A stretch of DNA of 64,000 bases from an uncultured delta proteobacterium (GTDB lineage Bacteria > Desulfobacterota > RBG-13-43-22): contig CAVUPH010000007.1 of NCBI GenBank assembly GCA_963743305.1, forward strand, positions 1-64,000. Direction: 5' to 3'. Position 1 is the first letter of the stretch, and each line of letters begins with the position of its first letter. The position numbers were made by a program, and so were the translations under genes. The notes below the pieces were generated by a model, which did not search any database, was not told where the DNA came from, and was given only the letters and a program-made list of their open reading frames with translations. Positions 51,711 through 63,701 of the stretch are shown piece by piece.

Positions 51711-52952
51711 TTGAAAAAACGCGTAGTGGTAACCGGTCTGGGACTGGTGACTCCGGTGGGCATCGGGGTGCAGGAGAGCTGGGAAGCACTCTGCCGGGGT
51801 AAATCCGGGATCGGGCCGATTACCCGTTTCGACGCCGGCGGTTTTAAAACCCGGATCGCGGGCGAGGTCAAGGGGTTTAAACCCGAGGACTTTGTTCCCC
51901 AGAAGATGATCAGGCGGTTGGATGTCTTTATCCACTACGCCTTGGCGGCCGCCCGCATGGCGAAGGAACAGTCCCGCTTGCGGATCACCCCGGAATTGGC
52001 CCCTGGGGTCGGGGTAATCACCGGCAGCGGGCTGGGGGGGTTGCGGACCATCGAGGAAACCCATAAGACCCTGCTTTCCAGGGGTCCGGATCGGATCAGT
52101 CCGTTTTTTATCCCCATGATCATCGCCAATATGGCCCCCGGTCAAATCGCTATCGAATTCGGGGCCAAAGGCCCCAATCTTTCACTGGAGACGGCTTGCG
52201 CCGCCGGGGCCCATGCCATTGGGGATTCCTTCAAATTGATTCAGCGCGGGGCGGCCAAGGTGATGTTCTGCGGGGGGGTGGAATCGGTTATCACCCCCTT
52301 GGCGGTGGGCGGGTTCAATGCCATGAGGGCCCTGTCCACCCGGAACGACGAACCGGAAAAGGCCTCCCGTCCTTTCGATCGGGACCGGGACGGGTTTGTC
52401 ATGGGCGAAGGCAGCGGCATCTTGCTGCTGGAGGACCTGGACTTTGCCCTGGAACGAGGGGCTTTGATCCTGAGCGAAATTGTGGGCTATGGATTGACCG
52501 GGGACGCCTATCACATGACGGCCCCTTCACCGGATGGAGACGGGGCCATTCGCTGCATGCAGATGGCCCTGAGTGACGCCGGATTGGCCCCGCAGGAAGT
52601 TCAATACATCAACGCCCACGGCACCTCCACCGAGTTAAATGACGCCGCCGAGACCAAGGCCATCAAGGCCGTGTTCCGGGAGCACAGCCGTCAATTGGCG
52701 GTCAGTTCGACCAAGTCCATGACCGGTCACCTCCTGGGGGGCGCGGGCGGGGTGGAGGCGGTAATATCGGTCCTGGCCCTGATGAACGGGATGATCCCGC
52801 CAACCATCAACTATGAAACGCCGGATCCGGATTGCGACCTGGATTATGTCCCCAACCAGGTCCGGAAGGCGGATCTCTCTTGCGTCCTTTCCAACTCTTT
52901 TGGCTTCGGGGGGACCAATGCCGTGCTGATATTCAAAAAGTATGTGCCCTGA
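51711..52952 (+). CDS. fabF: 3-oxoacyl-ACP synthase II
   Basis: RVVVTGLG, TACA, NAHGTST, SNSFGFGG. Confidence 0.97.
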   Translation: MKKRVVVTGLGLVTPVGIGVQESWEALCRGKSGIGPITRFDAGGFKTRIAGEVKGFKPEDFVPQKMIRRLDVFIHYALAAARMAKEQSRLRITPELAPGVGVITGSGLGGLRTIEETHKTLLSRGPDRISPFFIPMIIANMAPGQIAIEFGAKGPNLSLETACAAGAHAIGDSFKLIQRGAAKVMFCGGVESVITPLAVGGFNAMRALSTRNDEPEKASRPFDRDRDGFVMGEGSGILLLEDLDFALERGALILSEIVGYGLTGDAYHMTAPSPDGDGAIRCMQMALSDAGLAPQEVQYINAHGTSTELNDAAETKAIKAVFREHSRQLAVSSTKSMTGHLLGGAGGVEAVISVLALMNGMIPPTINYETPDPDCDLDYVPNQVRKADLSCVLSNSFGFGGTNAVLIFKKYVP

Positions 52953-53409
52953 AAAAAGAAAAATCGACCTGATCCTCGGCGCCGATCACGGGGGAGTGGC
53001 CTTAAAGGATGTATTGCTACCCTACTTGACGACCCGGGGAATCCCTTGGGAGGATGTCGGGACTTTTGGGACCGAGTCGGTGGACTATCCGGATCTGGCC
53101 GGAAAAGTGGCCCAGGCTGTTTCCCGGGGGAAAGTCCCTCGGGGAATCCTGATCTGTGGGACCGGGATCGGGATGGCCATCACCGCCAATCGCTTTCCCA
53201 AGGTGCGGGCGGCGGTCTGTAACGACCTTTTTTCGGCCAAAATGGCCCGGGCCCATAATGATGCCAATATCTTGGCCTTGGGCGGACGAATGATCGGACC
53301 GGGGCTGGCCCTGGAAATCGTGGAGACTTTTCTAAACACACCCTTTGAGAGGGGCCGTCACTTGAGAAGGATCCGAAAACTGGAGGTGGGTTGCTCGTGG
53401 GGGAAGTGA
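52942..53409 (+). CDS. rpiB: Ribose 5-phosphate isomerase B
   Basis: DHGG, DYPD, CGTGIG, HNDANIL. Confidence 0.95.
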   Translation: MCPEKRKIDLILGADHGGVALKDVLLPYLTTRGIPWEDVGTFGTESVDYPDLAGKVAQAVSRGKVPRGILICGTGIGMAITANRFPKVRAAVCNDLFSAKMARAHNDANILALGGRMIGPGLALEIVETFLNTPFERGRHLRRIRKLEVGCSWGK

Positions 53410-54665
53410 GGAAAGGCAAAGGGCCGGCGCTGGCGCAGGTGGATCCCGAAGTCGCCCGGGCCATTCGCGGTGAGTTGAAAAGACAGAGCGAGAGGCTGGA
53501 ATTAATCGCCTCGGAAAATTTTACCAGCCGGGCCGTGATGGAGGCCCAGGCCAGCGTGTTGACCAATAAATACGCCGAAGGATACCCGGGAAAACGGTAT
53601 TATGGGGGCTGTGAATTCGTCGATCAGGTGGAAATCCTGGCCATTGATCGGGCCCGAAGGCTTTTCCAGGCCGACTATGTCAATGTACAGCCCCATTCCG
53701 GTTCTCAAGCCAACATGGCCATATTATTTTCAGCCCTGGAACCCGGGGATACCATTTTGGGCATGGATCTGGCCCACGGCGGACATCTGACCCACGGCAG
53801 CCCGGTCAGTTTTTCCGGGCGGTTTTTTAAAGTCCGCTCGTACGGGGTGGACCGTCAGACCCAGCGGATCGATTACGGTCAGGTGGCCGATCTGGCCGGA
53901 AGCTGTCGTCCCAAGCTGATTATTGCCGGGGCCAGCGCCTATTCCCGAATCATCGACTTTGCCGCCTTTGCCCAAATCGCTCGGGAAGTCGGGGCCTTCC
54001 TGATGGTCGATATGGCCCATATCGCCGGGTTGGTGGCCGCCGAACTTCACCCTTCCCCGGTGCCTTATGCCGACTTCGTCACCTCCACCACTCACAAGAC
54101 GCTGCGTGGTCCCAGAGGCGGGCTGATTCTGGCCAAGGAAAAATACGGCAAACTTTTGAACAGCCAGATTTTCCCGGGAATTCAGGGGGGGCCCATGATG
54201 CATACCATCGCCGCCAAGGCCGTGTCTTTTAAGGAGGCCTTGACTCCGGAGTTCAAGGTTTATCAGCAGCAGGTAATTCGCAACGCCCAAAAATTGGCGG
54301 CTGAACTTATAAACCGTGGCTATAAACTGGTGGCCGACGGAACGGACAATCATTTGATGCTGGTCGATTTGAGCACCAAGGATCTGACCGGGCTGGAAGC
54401 GGAAAAGGCCCTGGAAGCGGCCGGGATCACAGTGAATAAGAATAGTATTCCCTTTGAGACCAAAAGCCCGCGGATCACCAGCGGAGTGCGCATCGGAACC
54501 CCGGCCGTCACCACCCGGGGGATGAAGGAGTCCGAAATGGGACGCCTGGCGGAATTCATAGATCGGGCCTTGGCGCCGACGGCCAATAGCCAAGCGCTCC
54601 GGACTATTCGGGAAGAGGTTCGAAAATTCAGCCGGAAATTCCCGCTGTTCCCTCAAATCGGCTGA
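53391..54665 (+). CDS. glyA: Serine hydroxymethyltransferase (start uncertain)
   Basis: [27 protein letters not shown]. Confidence 0.97.
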   Translation: MLVGEVRKGKGPALAQVDPEVARAIRGELKRQSERLELIASENFTSRAVMEAQASVLTNKYAEGYPGKRYYGGCEFVDQVEILAIDRARRLFQADYVNVQPHSGSQANMAILFSALEPGDTILGMDLAHGGHLTHGSPVSFSGRFFKVRSYGVDRQTQRIDYGQVADLAGSCRPKLIIAGASAYSRIIDFAAFAQIAREVGAFLMVDMAHIAGLVAAELHPSPVPYADFVTSTTHKTLRGPRGGLILAKEKYGKLLNSQIFPGIQGGPMMHTIAAKAVSFKEALTPEFKVYQQQVIRNAQKLAAELINRGYKLVADGTDNHLMLVDLSTKDLTGLEAEKALEAAGITVNKNSIPFETKSPRITSGVRIGTPAVTTRGMKESEMGRLAEFIDRALAPTANSQALRTIREEVRKFSRKFPLFPQIG

Positions 54666-54668
54666 CCG

Positions 54669-55124
54669 ATGAATGCCGCGGGGCGACCTAGCTGGATTGA
54701 GTATTTTATGGATATCGCCGACCTGGTAGCCAAGCGATCCACTTGCCTGCGCAGGCGGGTGGGGGCCGTGGCGGTCAAGGAAAAAAGGATCCTGGCCACC
54801 GGGTACAACGGAGTGCCGTCCGGGATTCCCCATTGTCTGGATGTCGGTTGCCTGAGGGAACAGGAAGGAATACCTTCGGGGGAACGGCATGAGCTTTGCC
54901 GGGGGATTCATGCCGAGCAGAACGTGATCATCCAGGCGGCCTATTCCGGGGTAGCGATCCAGGGGGCCTCGCTGTACTGCACCAACTTGCCTTGCCTTAT
55001 CTGTTCTAAGATGCTGATCAATGCCGGGATTCGGGAAATATTTTATCGGCAAGGGTACGCGGATCGTCTCTCCGAGGATATGCTCGAGACCGCTCGGGTG
55101 CCTTTAATCCAGATTACCCGGTAA
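54669..55124 (+). CDS. dCMP deaminase/ComEB-family zinc deaminase
   Basis: RSTC, TGYNG, HAEQN, PCLIC. Confidence 0.92.
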   Translation: MNAAGRPSWIEYFMDIADLVAKRSTCLRRRVGAVAVKEKRILATGYNGVPSGIPHCLDVGCLREQEGIPSGERHELCRGIHAEQNVIIQAAYSGVAIQGASLYCTNLPCLICSKMLINAGIREIFYRQGYADRLSEDMLETARVPLIQITR

Positions 55125-55163
55125 AAAATACGGCCGGAACTTGCGGACGGAAAAAGGGTTGCC

Positions 55164-55664
55164 ATGAAATGTCCCTATTGCAGTTCGTTCAATAATAAAG
55201 TGGTGGATTCCCGGTTGAGCAAGGAAGGGCTGCTGATCCGCCGGCGAAGGGAATGCGACGATTGTCAAAAACGTTTTACCACTTATGAAAAAGTGGAGGA
55301 GATCAACCCGGTGGTCATCAAGAAAGACGGCCGTCGGGAACCCTACGACCGGGACAAGGTGGCCGAAGGGATCCATCGGGCCTGTCGCAAGCGGCCCATC
55401 AGTGTGGAGGACATTGAAGCTTTTCTGGATACCCTGGAACAAGCGCTGCAGGAGTCAGGACGGAAGGAGATCTCCTGCTCGGAGATCGGAGAAAGGGTCA
55501 TGGCCCAGCTTCATGAATGGGATGATGTGGCCTATGTCCGCTTTGCCTCGGTTTACCGGCAATTCCAGGATACCAGCGATTTCATGCAGGAACTGAAAGA
55601 CCTCCTGGAGAGCAAAAAACGGGGGAAAAAGGTCGGTAAGGGCAGGAAAGCGGACGGCCAGTGA
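55164..55664 (+). CDS. nrdR: Transcriptional repressor NrdR
   Basis: MKCPYC..RRRREC..RFTTYE; [10 protein letters not shown]. Confidence 0.97.
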   Translation: MKCPYCSSFNNKVVDSRLSKEGLLIRRRRECDDCQKRFTTYEKVEEINPVVIKKDGRREPYDRDKVAEGIHRACRKRPISVEDIEAFLDTLEQALQESGRKEISCSEIGERVMAQLHEWDDVAYVRFASVYRQFQDTSDFMQELKDLLESKKRGKKVGKGRKADGQ

Positions 55665-56767
55665 CCGGGAAACCCGAAGAGTCCAGCGCCTATCTGCGGC
55701 TGGCTTTGCGTTTGGCCCGCAAAGGATCGGGCCGGACTTCGCCGAATCCCCTGGTGGGGGCGGTAGTGGTCCGGGGCGGCCAGGTGGTCGGGGCGGGATA
55801 TCACCAAAAAGCGGGAGGCCCTCATGCCGAACGAATCGCCTTGGCGCAGGCCGGCCCCAAGGCCCGTGGGTCCACTTTGTACGTGAACCTGGAACCCTGC
55901 AACCATACGGGGCGCACCCCTCCCTGCACCGAAGCCATCCTGGAAAGCGGCGTCAAGAAAGTGGTTTTCGGGATGGAGGATCCCAACCCGCGGGTCACCG
56001 GCGGCGGCGGCGCTTATCTGCGGTCCCGGGGAATTGAGGTGGCGGGTGGGCTCCTGGAAAGGGAATGCCGGGCCCTGAATGAAGTTTACCTGAAGTGGGT
56101 GACCACCGGCTTTCCCTTTGTCACCTTGAAAGCCGCCCTGAGCCTGGACGGAAAGATTGCCACCCGAAGTGGTGATTCCCAGTGGATCAGTAATGAACTA
56201 TCCCGGGCCAAGGTACATCGGCTTCGGAGCCGGGTGGCTGGAATCCTGGTGGGCAGCGGAACGGTCCTGGCCGACGACCCGCTCCTGACTCCCAGGCACT
56301 CTCGAAAAATTGTCCGGACCCCGTTAAGGGTGATTGTGGACCCGCACCTGAAAACCCCCCTGCCGGCCAGGTTGTTTTCAGACCCGGGACCGGTGCTGAT
56401 TGCCGCCGCTGAAGGCGCGCCGAAAAAGAAGGCGGCCGCCCTGGAGCGAAAAGGAGTCAACCTGTTATTCCTTCCGGCTCGGGGAGGACGGTTCGATCTG
56501 AAGGCCTTGCTGGCCTATTTGGGGCGGAAAGAGATCACCGATCTTCTGGTGGAAGGAGGGGCAGAGATATTCGGTTCATTTCTAAGCCAGGGACTGGCCG
56601 ATCGGATCTGGCTGTTTTACGCCCCGATACTCATCGGCGGTCAATCGGCCAAGGGAATGATCGGGGGGCGCGGGGTGGCCACGGTGGCCGAGGCCTCAAA
56701 ATTTGAGCGCCTGAAGTGGCAGTCTCTGGGTGGTGATTTTTTTGTGGAAGGCTATCTCCAGAAATGA
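55661..56767 (+). CDS. ribD: Riboflavin biosynthesis deaminase/reductase
   Basis: PNPLVG, HAE, LEPC.H.GRTPPC, SLDGKIA, VEGG. Confidence 0.96.
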   Translation: MTGKPEESSAYLRLALRLARKGSGRTSPNPLVGAVVVRGGQVVGAGYHQKAGGPHAERIALAQAGPKARGSTLYVNLEPCNHTGRTPPCTEAILESGVKKVVFGMEDPNPRVTGGGGAYLRSRGIEVAGGLLERECRALNEVYLKWVTTGFPFVTLKAALSLDGKIATRSGDSQWISNELSRAKVHRLRSRVAGILVGSGTVLADDPLLTPRHSRKIVRTPLRVIVDPHLKTPLPARLFSDPGPVLIAAAEGAPKKKAAALERKGVNLLFLPARGGRFDLKALLAYLGRKEITDLLVEGGAEIFGSFLSQGLADRIWLFYAPILIGGQSAKGMIGGRGVATVAEASKFERLKWQSLGGDFFVEGYLQK

Positions 56768-56807
56768 AAAGGTGCTACTATAATCAGAGGACGCCAGAGG
56801 ACAGACA

Positions 56808-57464
56808 GTGTTTACCGGATTGATTGAAGGGCGGGGGACGGTCGCGCGTCTGGAAAAAAATGGCCGGAGCCTCCGTCTGTGGGTCAAGGCTGGATTTCCC
56901 TGGCCCGATCCCCGGGTGGGAGAGAGCATTGCGGTCAATGGAGTCTGCCTGACGGCCACCTCCTGGCAGGATGCGGTCTTTTCCGTGGATGTTTCCGAGG
57001 AAACCCTTTCCCGTTCCACCTTGAATCTGTTAAAGATCGGGGCCGGCGTAAATCTGGAAAGGGCCTTGAGACTCTCCGACCGCCTGGGAGGCCATCTGGT
57101 GACGGGTCATGTGGACGGGTTGGGGGAGATCAGCCGCAGAGAAATCCGAGGAGATTTTTGGTGGATCCAGATCGCCTTTCCCGAAAACTTGGGGCCCTTT
57201 ATCGTCGAAAAAGGGTCCATTGCCGTGGAGGGGATTAGTTTAACGGTCAATAAGGTTTCCGGGCTCACCTTGGACTTGACGATTATCCCCCAGACGGCCG
57301 ACCAGACGACCCTGGCGGCGAAAAAGGTGGGGGAGGCGGTTAACCTGGAAACCGACCTGATCGGTAAATATGTGGTTCATCTTTTCCAGCGGACCCGATC
57401 GGCAGGAGCGAAGCCGGAATCCAAAATAAACGCGGATTTCTTAGCCCGGCACGGATTTTTATAA
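56808..57464 (+). CDS. ribE: Riboflavin synthase (alpha chain)
   Basis: MFTGLI, NGVCLT, VNLERAL, GGHLVTGHVD. Confidence 0.96.
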   Translation: MFTGLIEGRGTVARLEKNGRSLRLWVKAGFPWPDPRVGESIAVNGVCLTATSWQDAVFSVDVSEETLSRSTLNLLKIGAGVNLERALRLSDRLGGHLVTGHVDGLGEISRREIRGDFWWIQIAFPENLGPFIVEKGSIAVEGISLTVNKVSGLTLDLTIIPQTADQTTLAAKKVGEAVNLETDLIGKYVVHLFQRTRSAGAKPESKINADFLARHGFL

Positions 57465-57501
57465 TGAACGTTAGAAATTTCGAAAACAAGGAGCAGCGCG
57501 T

Positions 57502-58707
57502 ATGCCCATGGTAGCGATTGAAGAGGCATTGGAAGATATTAAAGCCGGGAGAATGGTCATCCTGGTGGATGACGAAGACCGGGAGAATGAGGGGGACCTG
57601 ACCATGGCCGCCGAGAAGGTCACCCCGGAGGCGATAAGTTTTATGGCCAAGCACGGGCGGGGTTTGATTTGCCTCTCCCTGACCCCGGAACGGATCGAGC
57701 AGTTGCAGTTGCCCATGATGGTCCAAAACAATACCTCCCCGTTTAAAACGGCCTTTACTATTTCCATCGAGGCCCGGCGGGGTGTAACCACCGGTATTTC
57801 AGCCCACGACCGGGCAACGACCATCCGGACGGCTATTGCCGAAGATACCCTCCCGGAGGACCTGGTCAGTCCCGGTCATGTGTTCCCGTTGCGGGCCCGT
57901 AAGGGCGGGGTTCTGGTGCGTACCGGTCAAACGGAAGGGTCGGTGGACCTGGCCCGGATGGCCGGCTTAAAACCCTATGGGGTGATTTGTGAGATCATGA
58001 AGGATGACGGGACCATGGCTCGCCTTCCGGATCTGGAGATCTTCGGCCGGGAACACGGGTTGAAAATTATTTCCATCCGGGACCTGATTGAATACCGATT
58101 CCAGAACGAATCTTTCGTGCACCGGCGGGCGGAAACGGTTCTGCCCACGGCCTATGGGGCTTTCACGGCCATTGTCTATGAAAATGACGTGGATGAACAC
58201 CAGCATCTGGCCCTGGTAAAAGGGGAAATCAAATCGAAAGAGGAAATCCTGGTCCGGGTTCATTCCGAATGCCTGACCGGGGATGTCTTTAGATCGTTGC
58301 GCTGTGACTGCGGAGACCAGTTGATTTCCGCCCTGCAGCGGATTGAGGAAGAAGGCCGGGGGGTCCTCCTCTATATGCACCAGGAGGGTCGCGGGATCGG
58401 ACTGGTCAACAAGCTGCGGGCCTATATGCTCCAGGATCAGGGAAAGGACACCGTGGAAGCCAATGAGGCCTTGGGGTTTAAGGCCGACCTGCGCGATTAC
58501 GGTATCGGGGCCCAGATCTTAGCCGATTTGGGAGTGCGCAAAATGCGCCTGATGACCAATAATCCCAAAAAAATAATCGGCCTGGAAGGCTACGGGATCC
58601 AGGTAACCGAACGGGTGCCGATCGAGGTCTTTCCCCAGAAAGAGAATATCAACTACTTGAAAACCAAATGCGAAAAAATGGGGCATCTGCTAAATTTGCC
58701 CCTCTGA
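57502..58707 (+). CDS. ribBA: DHBP synthase / GTP cyclohydrolase II
   Basis: [11 protein letters not shown]; [15 protein letters not shown]; QEGRGIGL. Confidence 0.97.
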   Translation: MPMVAIEEALEDIKAGRMVILVDDEDRENEGDLTMAAEKVTPEAISFMAKHGRGLICLSLTPERIEQLQLPMMVQNNTSPFKTAFTISIEARRGVTTGISAHDRATTIRTAIAEDTLPEDLVSPGHVFPLRARKGGVLVRTGQTEGSVDLARMAGLKPYGVICEIMKDDGTMARLPDLEIFGREHGLKIISIRDLIEYRFQNESFVHRRAETVLPTAYGAFTAIVYENDVDEHQHLALVKGEIKSKEEILVRVHSECLTGDVFRSLRCDCGDQLISALQRIEEEGRGVLLYMHQEGRGIGLVNKLRAYMLQDQGKDTVEANEALGFKADLRDYGIGAQILADLGVRKMRLMTNNPKKIIGLEGYGIQVTERVPIEVFPQKENINYLKTKCEKMGHLLNLPL

Positions 58708-58729
58708 ATTTAATTGTCGGGAGGGGAAC

Positions 58730-59200
58730 ATGACTAGAGTCTATGAGGGAAAACTGCAAGCGGAAGGGATGAAATTCGCTTTGGTGGTCAGCCGCTTTAA
58801 TGATTTTATCAGTGATCATCTGCAGGGAGGGGCCCTGGATGCCCTGATCCGCAACGGGGCCCGAGCGGAGGATGTGGATGTTTTTAAAGTCCCCGGGGCT
58901 TACGAGATCCCTTTCCTGGCCAAGAAAATCGCCCTGCTCAACAAATACGATGCCGTGATTTGCCTGGGGGCGGTGATCCGGGGGGCTACGCCCCATTTTG
59001 AATACGTCAGCGCTGAAGTATCCAAGGGGGTGGCCACTGCCTCCCTGGAAACCGGGGTGCCGATGGTCTTCGGCGTGATCACGGCCGATACCTTGGAACA
59101 GGCCATTGAAAGGGCCGGATCCAAGGCCGGCAATAAAGGTTGGAGCGCGGCCATAGCGGGGATTGAGATGGTCGATCTCCTTCGTCGGCTGAACGATTAG
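58730..59200 (+). CDS. ribH: Lumazine synthase
   Basis: [23 protein letters not shown]. Confidence 0.97.
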   Translation: MTRVYEGKLQAEGMKFALVVSRFNDFISDHLQGGALDALIRNGARAEDVDVFKVPGAYEIPFLAKKIALLNKYDAVICLGAVIRGATPHFEYVSAEVSKGVATASLETGVPMVFGVITADTLEQAIERAGSKAGNKGWSAAIAGIEMVDLLRRLND

Positions 59201-59237
59201 CCTTTTATAGAAAATCCCGAAGACTTCTTCCGACGTT

Positions 59238-59750
59238 ATGGCCAGTCGACGGCAATCCAGGGAATCGGCCATTCAGGCCCTTTACCAACTGGACTTAAAT
59301 CCCGGGGACTTTCTACAGGGGTTGATGCTTTTCGAGAACAATTATCCTCCCCCGGAGGACGGCTATCCCTTCTTCCGAAAATTGGTTCAAGGGGTTTGTG
59401 AACAAAAGAAAGCCATTGATCTACTGATTCGCCGTCATTCTCAGCATTGGCGGTTGGAGAGGATGTCTCCGGTGGATCGCAATATCCTGCGGTTGGCCGT
59501 CTATGAACTGCGGTTCGGCGGTGAGACGCCTCCCAAGTCCGCCATCAATGAAGCCATCGATTTGGGAAAACGATATGGAAGTGAAGAATCCAGCGCCTTT
59601 ATCAACGGGATACTGGATAGTATTTTAGCCGAGATCCAAACGCCGGTCGCAGAGGCGGGGTCGCCGGAAGAAATAGATCGGGAGGGGAATAAAACACCTC
59701 TTCCGGCCTCCGGAAAGGCGAAGGGACGACCGAGGAAGGGCAGGGCATAA
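59238..59750 (+). CDS. nusB: Transcription antitermination factor NusB
   Basis: RRQSRE.A.QALYQ, DRNILR, INEAI, FINGILD. Confidence 0.96.
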   Translation: MASRRQSRESAIQALYQLDLNPGDFLQGLMLFENNYPPPEDGYPFFRKLVQGVCEQKKAIDLLIRRHSQHWRLERMSPVDRNILRLAVYELRFGGETPPKSAINEAIDLGKRYGSEESSAFINGILDSILAEIQTPVAEAGSPEEIDREGNKTPLPASGKAKGRPRKGRA

Positions 59751-59800
59751 ACCTAAGTTATTCTTGCTCGGATGGACTGTGGAAGGGTTACTGGAAAACA

Positions 59801-59884
59801 TGAACATCGAACATCGAACGTCCAACATCCAACGTCGAATGGGGATGTTTGTTTTTCATTCGATGTTGGACGTTCGACGTTCAT
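59801..59884. repeat. Inverted heptamer tandem repeats (AAC(A/G)TC(G/C))
   Basis: AACATCG AACATCG AACGTCC AACATCC AACGTCG ... CGATGTT GGACGTT CGACGTT. Confidence 0.75.
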
Positions 59885-59958
59885 CTTTCAAAACACCCCT
59901 AGACGGCACAAATGAAGTCTTTGAATGTTTATAAAACAACTTATCGCTTAGGGGGGAA

Positions 59959-62463
59959 GTGGGATTGGTCATAAAAAACAAATATAATCCGGAAGCGATT
60001 GAAACCAAGTGGCAGGTCCGCTGGGGAAAGGAAAAACCGTACCGGGCCCAAGAAGCGCCGGATCGGGAGAAATATTATCTCCTGGAAATGTTTCCCTATC
60101 CCTCCGGGAAGATCCACATGGGGCATGTGCGCAACTACTCCATCGGAGACGTGGTGGCCCGTTATAAAAGGATGCGGGGTTTTAACGTCCTCCATCCCAT
60201 GGGCTGGGATGCCTTCGGAATGCCGGCGGAAAATGCGGCCCTGGCCCGCGGCATTCATCCGGCCCGCTGGACCTACGACAATATTGCCGCCATGCGGGTT
60301 CAACTGAAACGCTTGGGTTTCAGTTACGACTGGGACCGGGAGCTGGCCACCTGTGATCCCTCCTATTATCGCTGGGAGCAGCTTTTTTTTCTCAAGATGT
60401 GGGAACGCGGGCTGGTGGTTCGAAAAAAATCGCAGGTCAACTGGTGCGCCCACTGCCAAACGGTCTTAGCCAACGAGCAAGTGGTGGGCGACGGCCGTTG
60501 CTGGCGCTGCGATCAGACTGTGGGCTCCAAAGAACTGGAACAGTGGTTTTTTCGGATCACCCGGTATGCCGATGAGCTGTTGGAGGGTTGTGCCGCCCTT
60601 TCCGGTTGGCCGGAAAAGGTCCTGGTCATGCAGCGCAACTGGATCGGCAGGAGTGAAGGGGCGGAAATCGATTTTCCTTTGGAAAAGGGATCGGGCGTCC
60701 TGTCGGTCTTTACCACGCGTCCCGACACCTTGTTCGGCGCCACCTTCATGAGCCTGGCGCCGGAACATCCCCTGGTCCGGGAATTGATCCGGGGCACGTC
60801 ACAGGAAAATCCGGTTCAGGATTTTATTCGGAAGGTGCAGGCCCAGGATCCGTCCCAGCGACTGGATGCGGACCTGGTCAAGGAAGGCATCTTTACCGGG
60901 GCCTATTGTCTCCATCCGCTGACCGGGGAGCGGATGCCCATTTATGCGGCCAATTTCGTAGTCTGGGGTTACGGAACCGGAGCGGTTATGGCGGTCCCGA
61001 CCCATGACCAGCGGGATTTTGAATTTGCCCGCCAATACGGGCTTCCTCTCCGGGTAGTGGTCCAGCCGCCAGAAGCGCCTCCGTTGACGCCGGAGGCTAT
61101 GACCGAGGCCTATGAAGGGCCCGGGCATCTGGTCCATTCGGGACCCTTCAACGGCCTGGAGAACGAGGCCGGCAAAGAAGCCATTACCCGGCATCTTGAA
61201 AAATCGGGGCAGGGGCGGAAGAAAGTCCAATACCGGCTGCGGGACTGGGGGGTATCCCGTCAGCGTTACTGGGGGGCGCCGATCCCCATGGTCTATTGTC
61301 CGCAATGCGGTATTGTTCCGGTGCCCGAGACGGAGCTGCCGGTGGTGTTGCCCCTGGAGGCCCAAATTCCGCCCAGCGGAGGATCGCCTTTGCCGCTGCT
61401 TCCGGAATTTGTCCAGACCCGTTGTCCGAAATGCCAAGGTCCGGGAAGACGGGAGACCGATACCATGGACACTTTTGTGGAATCCTCCTGGTATTTTGAG
61501 CGGTATACCTGTCCGGACTTCGATCAGGGGCCATTGGATCCGAAAAGGGTCCGCTATTGGATGCCCGTGGATCAATACATCGGGGGCATCGAGCACGCCG
61601 TCCTGCACCTCCTCTATTCCCGTTTTTTTACCCGAGTGCTCCGGGATCTGGGCTGGGTAACGGTCAGTGAACCCTTTACCAATCTCCTCACCCAGGGGAT
61701 GGTGATCAAGGACGGTTCCAAGATGTCCAAATCCAAGGGCAATGTGGTTGATCCCGATGCCCTGATTCGCCAATACGGGGCCGATACGGTCCGTCTTTTC
61801 TGCCTGTTCGCCGCACCGCCGGAAAGGGACTTGGACTGGAACGATCAGGGAGTGGAGGGATCCTTTCGTTTTCTGAACCGGGTCTGGAATCTGATCCAGG
61901 AAGATCGGGAGCTTCTGGAAGGAGCGGGTGCTATCCCGGACGCGGCCGCCCTGGACGGAAAAAATCGAAGTCTGTACATCAAACTGAATCAAACCATTAA
62001 AAAAGTCACCGAGGATATCGAGGACCGTTTTCACTTTAATACGGCCATCAGCGCCATTATGGAATTGGTCAACGCCCTTTATCTGTTCCGGGGTGAAGGA
62101 CTGCAGGATCCTCCGAGCCGGTCTGTTTTTTCTCAAGCCCTGAAAACCCTGCTGATCCTGCTGTCCCCCCTAGTCCCTCACCTGGCTGAAGAGCTTTGGG
62201 AGCTATTGGGCCAGGAGGGGCAGGCCCAGGGTCAGCCCTGGCCTGCCTGGGATCCCGGGGCCTTGACTGAAGAGGACCGGGTACTGGTGGTTCAAGTCAA
62301 CGGGAAGGTTCGCAGCCGGCTGACCGTGAAGGTCAGCGCCGCGGAAGGGGAAATGATACGGCAGGCCCTGGAAGACCCCAGAATTCAGGAATGGCTCCAG
62401 GGGAAGGAAATCATCAAAACGGTGGTCGTTCAGAATAAACTGATCAATATCGTCATTCGATAA
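59959..62463 (+). CDS. leuS: Leucine--tRNA ligase
   Basis: MFPYPSG.IHMGH, SRQRYWG, KMSKS. Confidence 0.98.
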   Translation: MGLVIKNKYNPEAIETKWQVRWGKEKPYRAQEAPDREKYYLLEMFPYPSGKIHMGHVRNYSIGDVVARYKRMRGFNVLHPMGWDAFGMPAENAALARGIHPARWTYDNIAAMRVQLKRLGFSYDWDRELATCDPSYYRWEQLFFLKMWERGLVVRKKSQVNWCAHCQTVLANEQVVGDGRCWRCDQTVGSKELEQWFFRITRYADELLEGCAALSGWPEKVLVMQRNWIGRSEGAEIDFPLEKGSGVLSVFTTRPDTLFGATFMSLAPEHPLVRELIRGTSQENPVQDFIRKVQAQDPSQRLDADLVKEGIFTGAYCLHPLTGERMPIYAANFVVWGYGTGAVMAVPTHDQRDFEFARQYGLPLRVVVQPPEAPPLTPEAMTEAYEGPGHLVHSGPFNGLENEAGKEAITRHLEKSGQGRKKVQYRLRDWGVSRQRYWGAPIPMVYCPQCGIVPVPETELPVVLPLEAQIPPSGGSPLPLLPEFVQTRCPKCQGPGRRETDTMDTFVESSWYFERYTCPDFDQGPLDPKRVRYWMPVDQYIGGIEHAVLHLLYSRFFTRVLRDLGWVTVSEPFTNLLTQGMVIKDGSKMSKSKGNVVDPDALIRQYGADTVRLFCLFAAPPERDLDWNDQGVEGSFRFLNRVWNLIQEDRELLEGAGAIPDAAALDGKNRSLYIKLNQTIKKVTEDIEDRFHFNTAISAIMELVNALYLFRGEGLQDPPSRSVFSQALKTLLILLSPLVPHLAEELWELLGQEGQAQGQPWPAWDPGALTEEDRVLVVQVNGKVRSRLTVKVSAAEGEMIRQALEDPRIQEWLQGKEIIKTVVVQNKLINIVIR

Positions 62464-62546
62464 TCAGGCCGGCTGGCAAACCCCAGGGGTTTAAGAAAAA
62501 CGGATCACCCGGAAAAGGTTCGCACCGTCCGGAAAGAAGGAAAAAG

Positions 62547-63077
62547 ATGAATAAAAAAATAATCTTGAGGGTACTCCTGCTGCTGGGGTTTATGGCTTTG
62601 GGGTTGGTTAGCGGATGTGGGTATGGATTTCGGGGAGCGGTGAATAACCTGCCCCCCGATATTAAGGGGGTTAATATCCCGGTATTCGTCAACAATACCA
62701 CCGAAGGGGGGGCCGAGGTCGTTTTTGCCAACGCCTTAATTTACGAATTCACCCGCGGCGGGGTTATTGGGGTGGTTCCGGAAGCCAACGCCCAGGGAAT
62801 CATTTACGGAAGGATTAAATCGGCTACAGTGGATTCGGTGATTTACGCCAGTCAGACCCAGTCGGTGGACCGGAAGGTGACCGTGGTCCTGGAGGTCATT
62901 TTTCGGCGGGCGGACAACAAGAAAATCCTCTGGCAGAATCTGGATATGATCCGCTATGAGAATTTCCGAGCAGGGGCGGATCCCAATCAGAACGATCGGA
63001 ATCGGGAGGAAGCCCTGAGAAAGATTGCCAAGGACCTGGCGGAAAGAATTTATAGTGGAATTTTAGAAAATTTTTAG
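62547..63077 (+). CDS. lptE: LptE-family lipoprotein
   Basis: Lipobox VSGC-GY; position directly after leuS. Confidence 0.8.
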   Translation: MNKKIILRVLLLLGFMALGLVSGCGYGFRGAVNNLPPDIKGVNIPVFVNNTTEGGAEVVFANALIYEFTRGGVIGVVPEANAQGIIYGRIKSATVDSVIYASQTQSVDRKVTVVLEVIFRRADNKKILWQNLDMIRYENFRAGADPNQNDRNREEALRKIAKDLAERIYSGILENF

Positions 63078-63141
63078 TCGCCGCCTAAGGAGACCACCGG
63101 TCGTCCTTTCGTTGGATCATGGAGCGGAGACCGGCGTTTTC

Positions 63142-63417
63142 TTACGCGGACGGGACGGAGTGTCGGTTCAGCTTTTTCGACAACCGGGATATCTTCCGCG
63201 AAGCCGTACGAGGGTGTACGACTCCTTTGGAGGCGGCTCGGTCGATTTGGGCCATGGCCTGAATCAACGCCGGGCGGGCCGATTCAACGGTGCCAGTCTC
63301 CAAGACTTGATAAAATTTCTTAATAGTTGTTTTAACTAATGATTTTGTGCTCACGTTACGCAGGCGACGCGCCTGGGACTGCTTCACCCGTTTCAAGGCT
63401 GAGGGATGGTTGGCCAA
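63142..63417 (-). CDS. rpsT: 30S ribosomal protein S20
   Basis: MANHPSALKR...KGVVH..TASRKISRL. Confidence 0.96.
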   Translation of the reverse strand: MANHPSALKRVKQSQARRLRNVSTKSLVKTTIKKFYQVLETGTVESARPALIQAMAQIDRAASKGVVHPRTASRKISRLSKKLNRHSVPSA

Positions 63418-63503
63418 AAGGTTCTCCTTTTTCTTGAAAAAAATTTAAAATAGGTATACTATAGTCATTTATTAAAAAAGTCAACGAATTTATTTGGCAC
63501 GAT

Positions 63504-63579
63504 GGGGATGTAGCTCAGATGGGAGAGCGGTACGTTCGCAACGTACAGGCCGGGGGTTCGATCCCCCCCATCTCCACCA
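63504..63579 (+). tRNA. tRNA-Ala (anticodon CGC)
   Basis: GGGGATG..TAGCTCAG, anticodon arm GTACG-TTCGCAA-CGTAC, GGTTCGATCC, G3:U70, ends ACCA; 76 nt. Confidence 0.96.
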
Positions 63580-63701
63580 ATGAATATTCATTATTAATTC
63601 ATAATTTATCTTCCCTTTATTTTCATGCCTCACGGGGCATGATGTTGAGTACGGCTTCGTCCGGAAACCCCTTTTGCCGAAGGGGATTTAAGGTATGTAG
63701 G

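Noticed and set aside
53730-62136. Long antisense ORFs (53730-55052, 60799-62136; also 1500-2891)
   Set aside because: They lie opposite well-conserved genes in GC-rich DNA and show no recognisable motifs.
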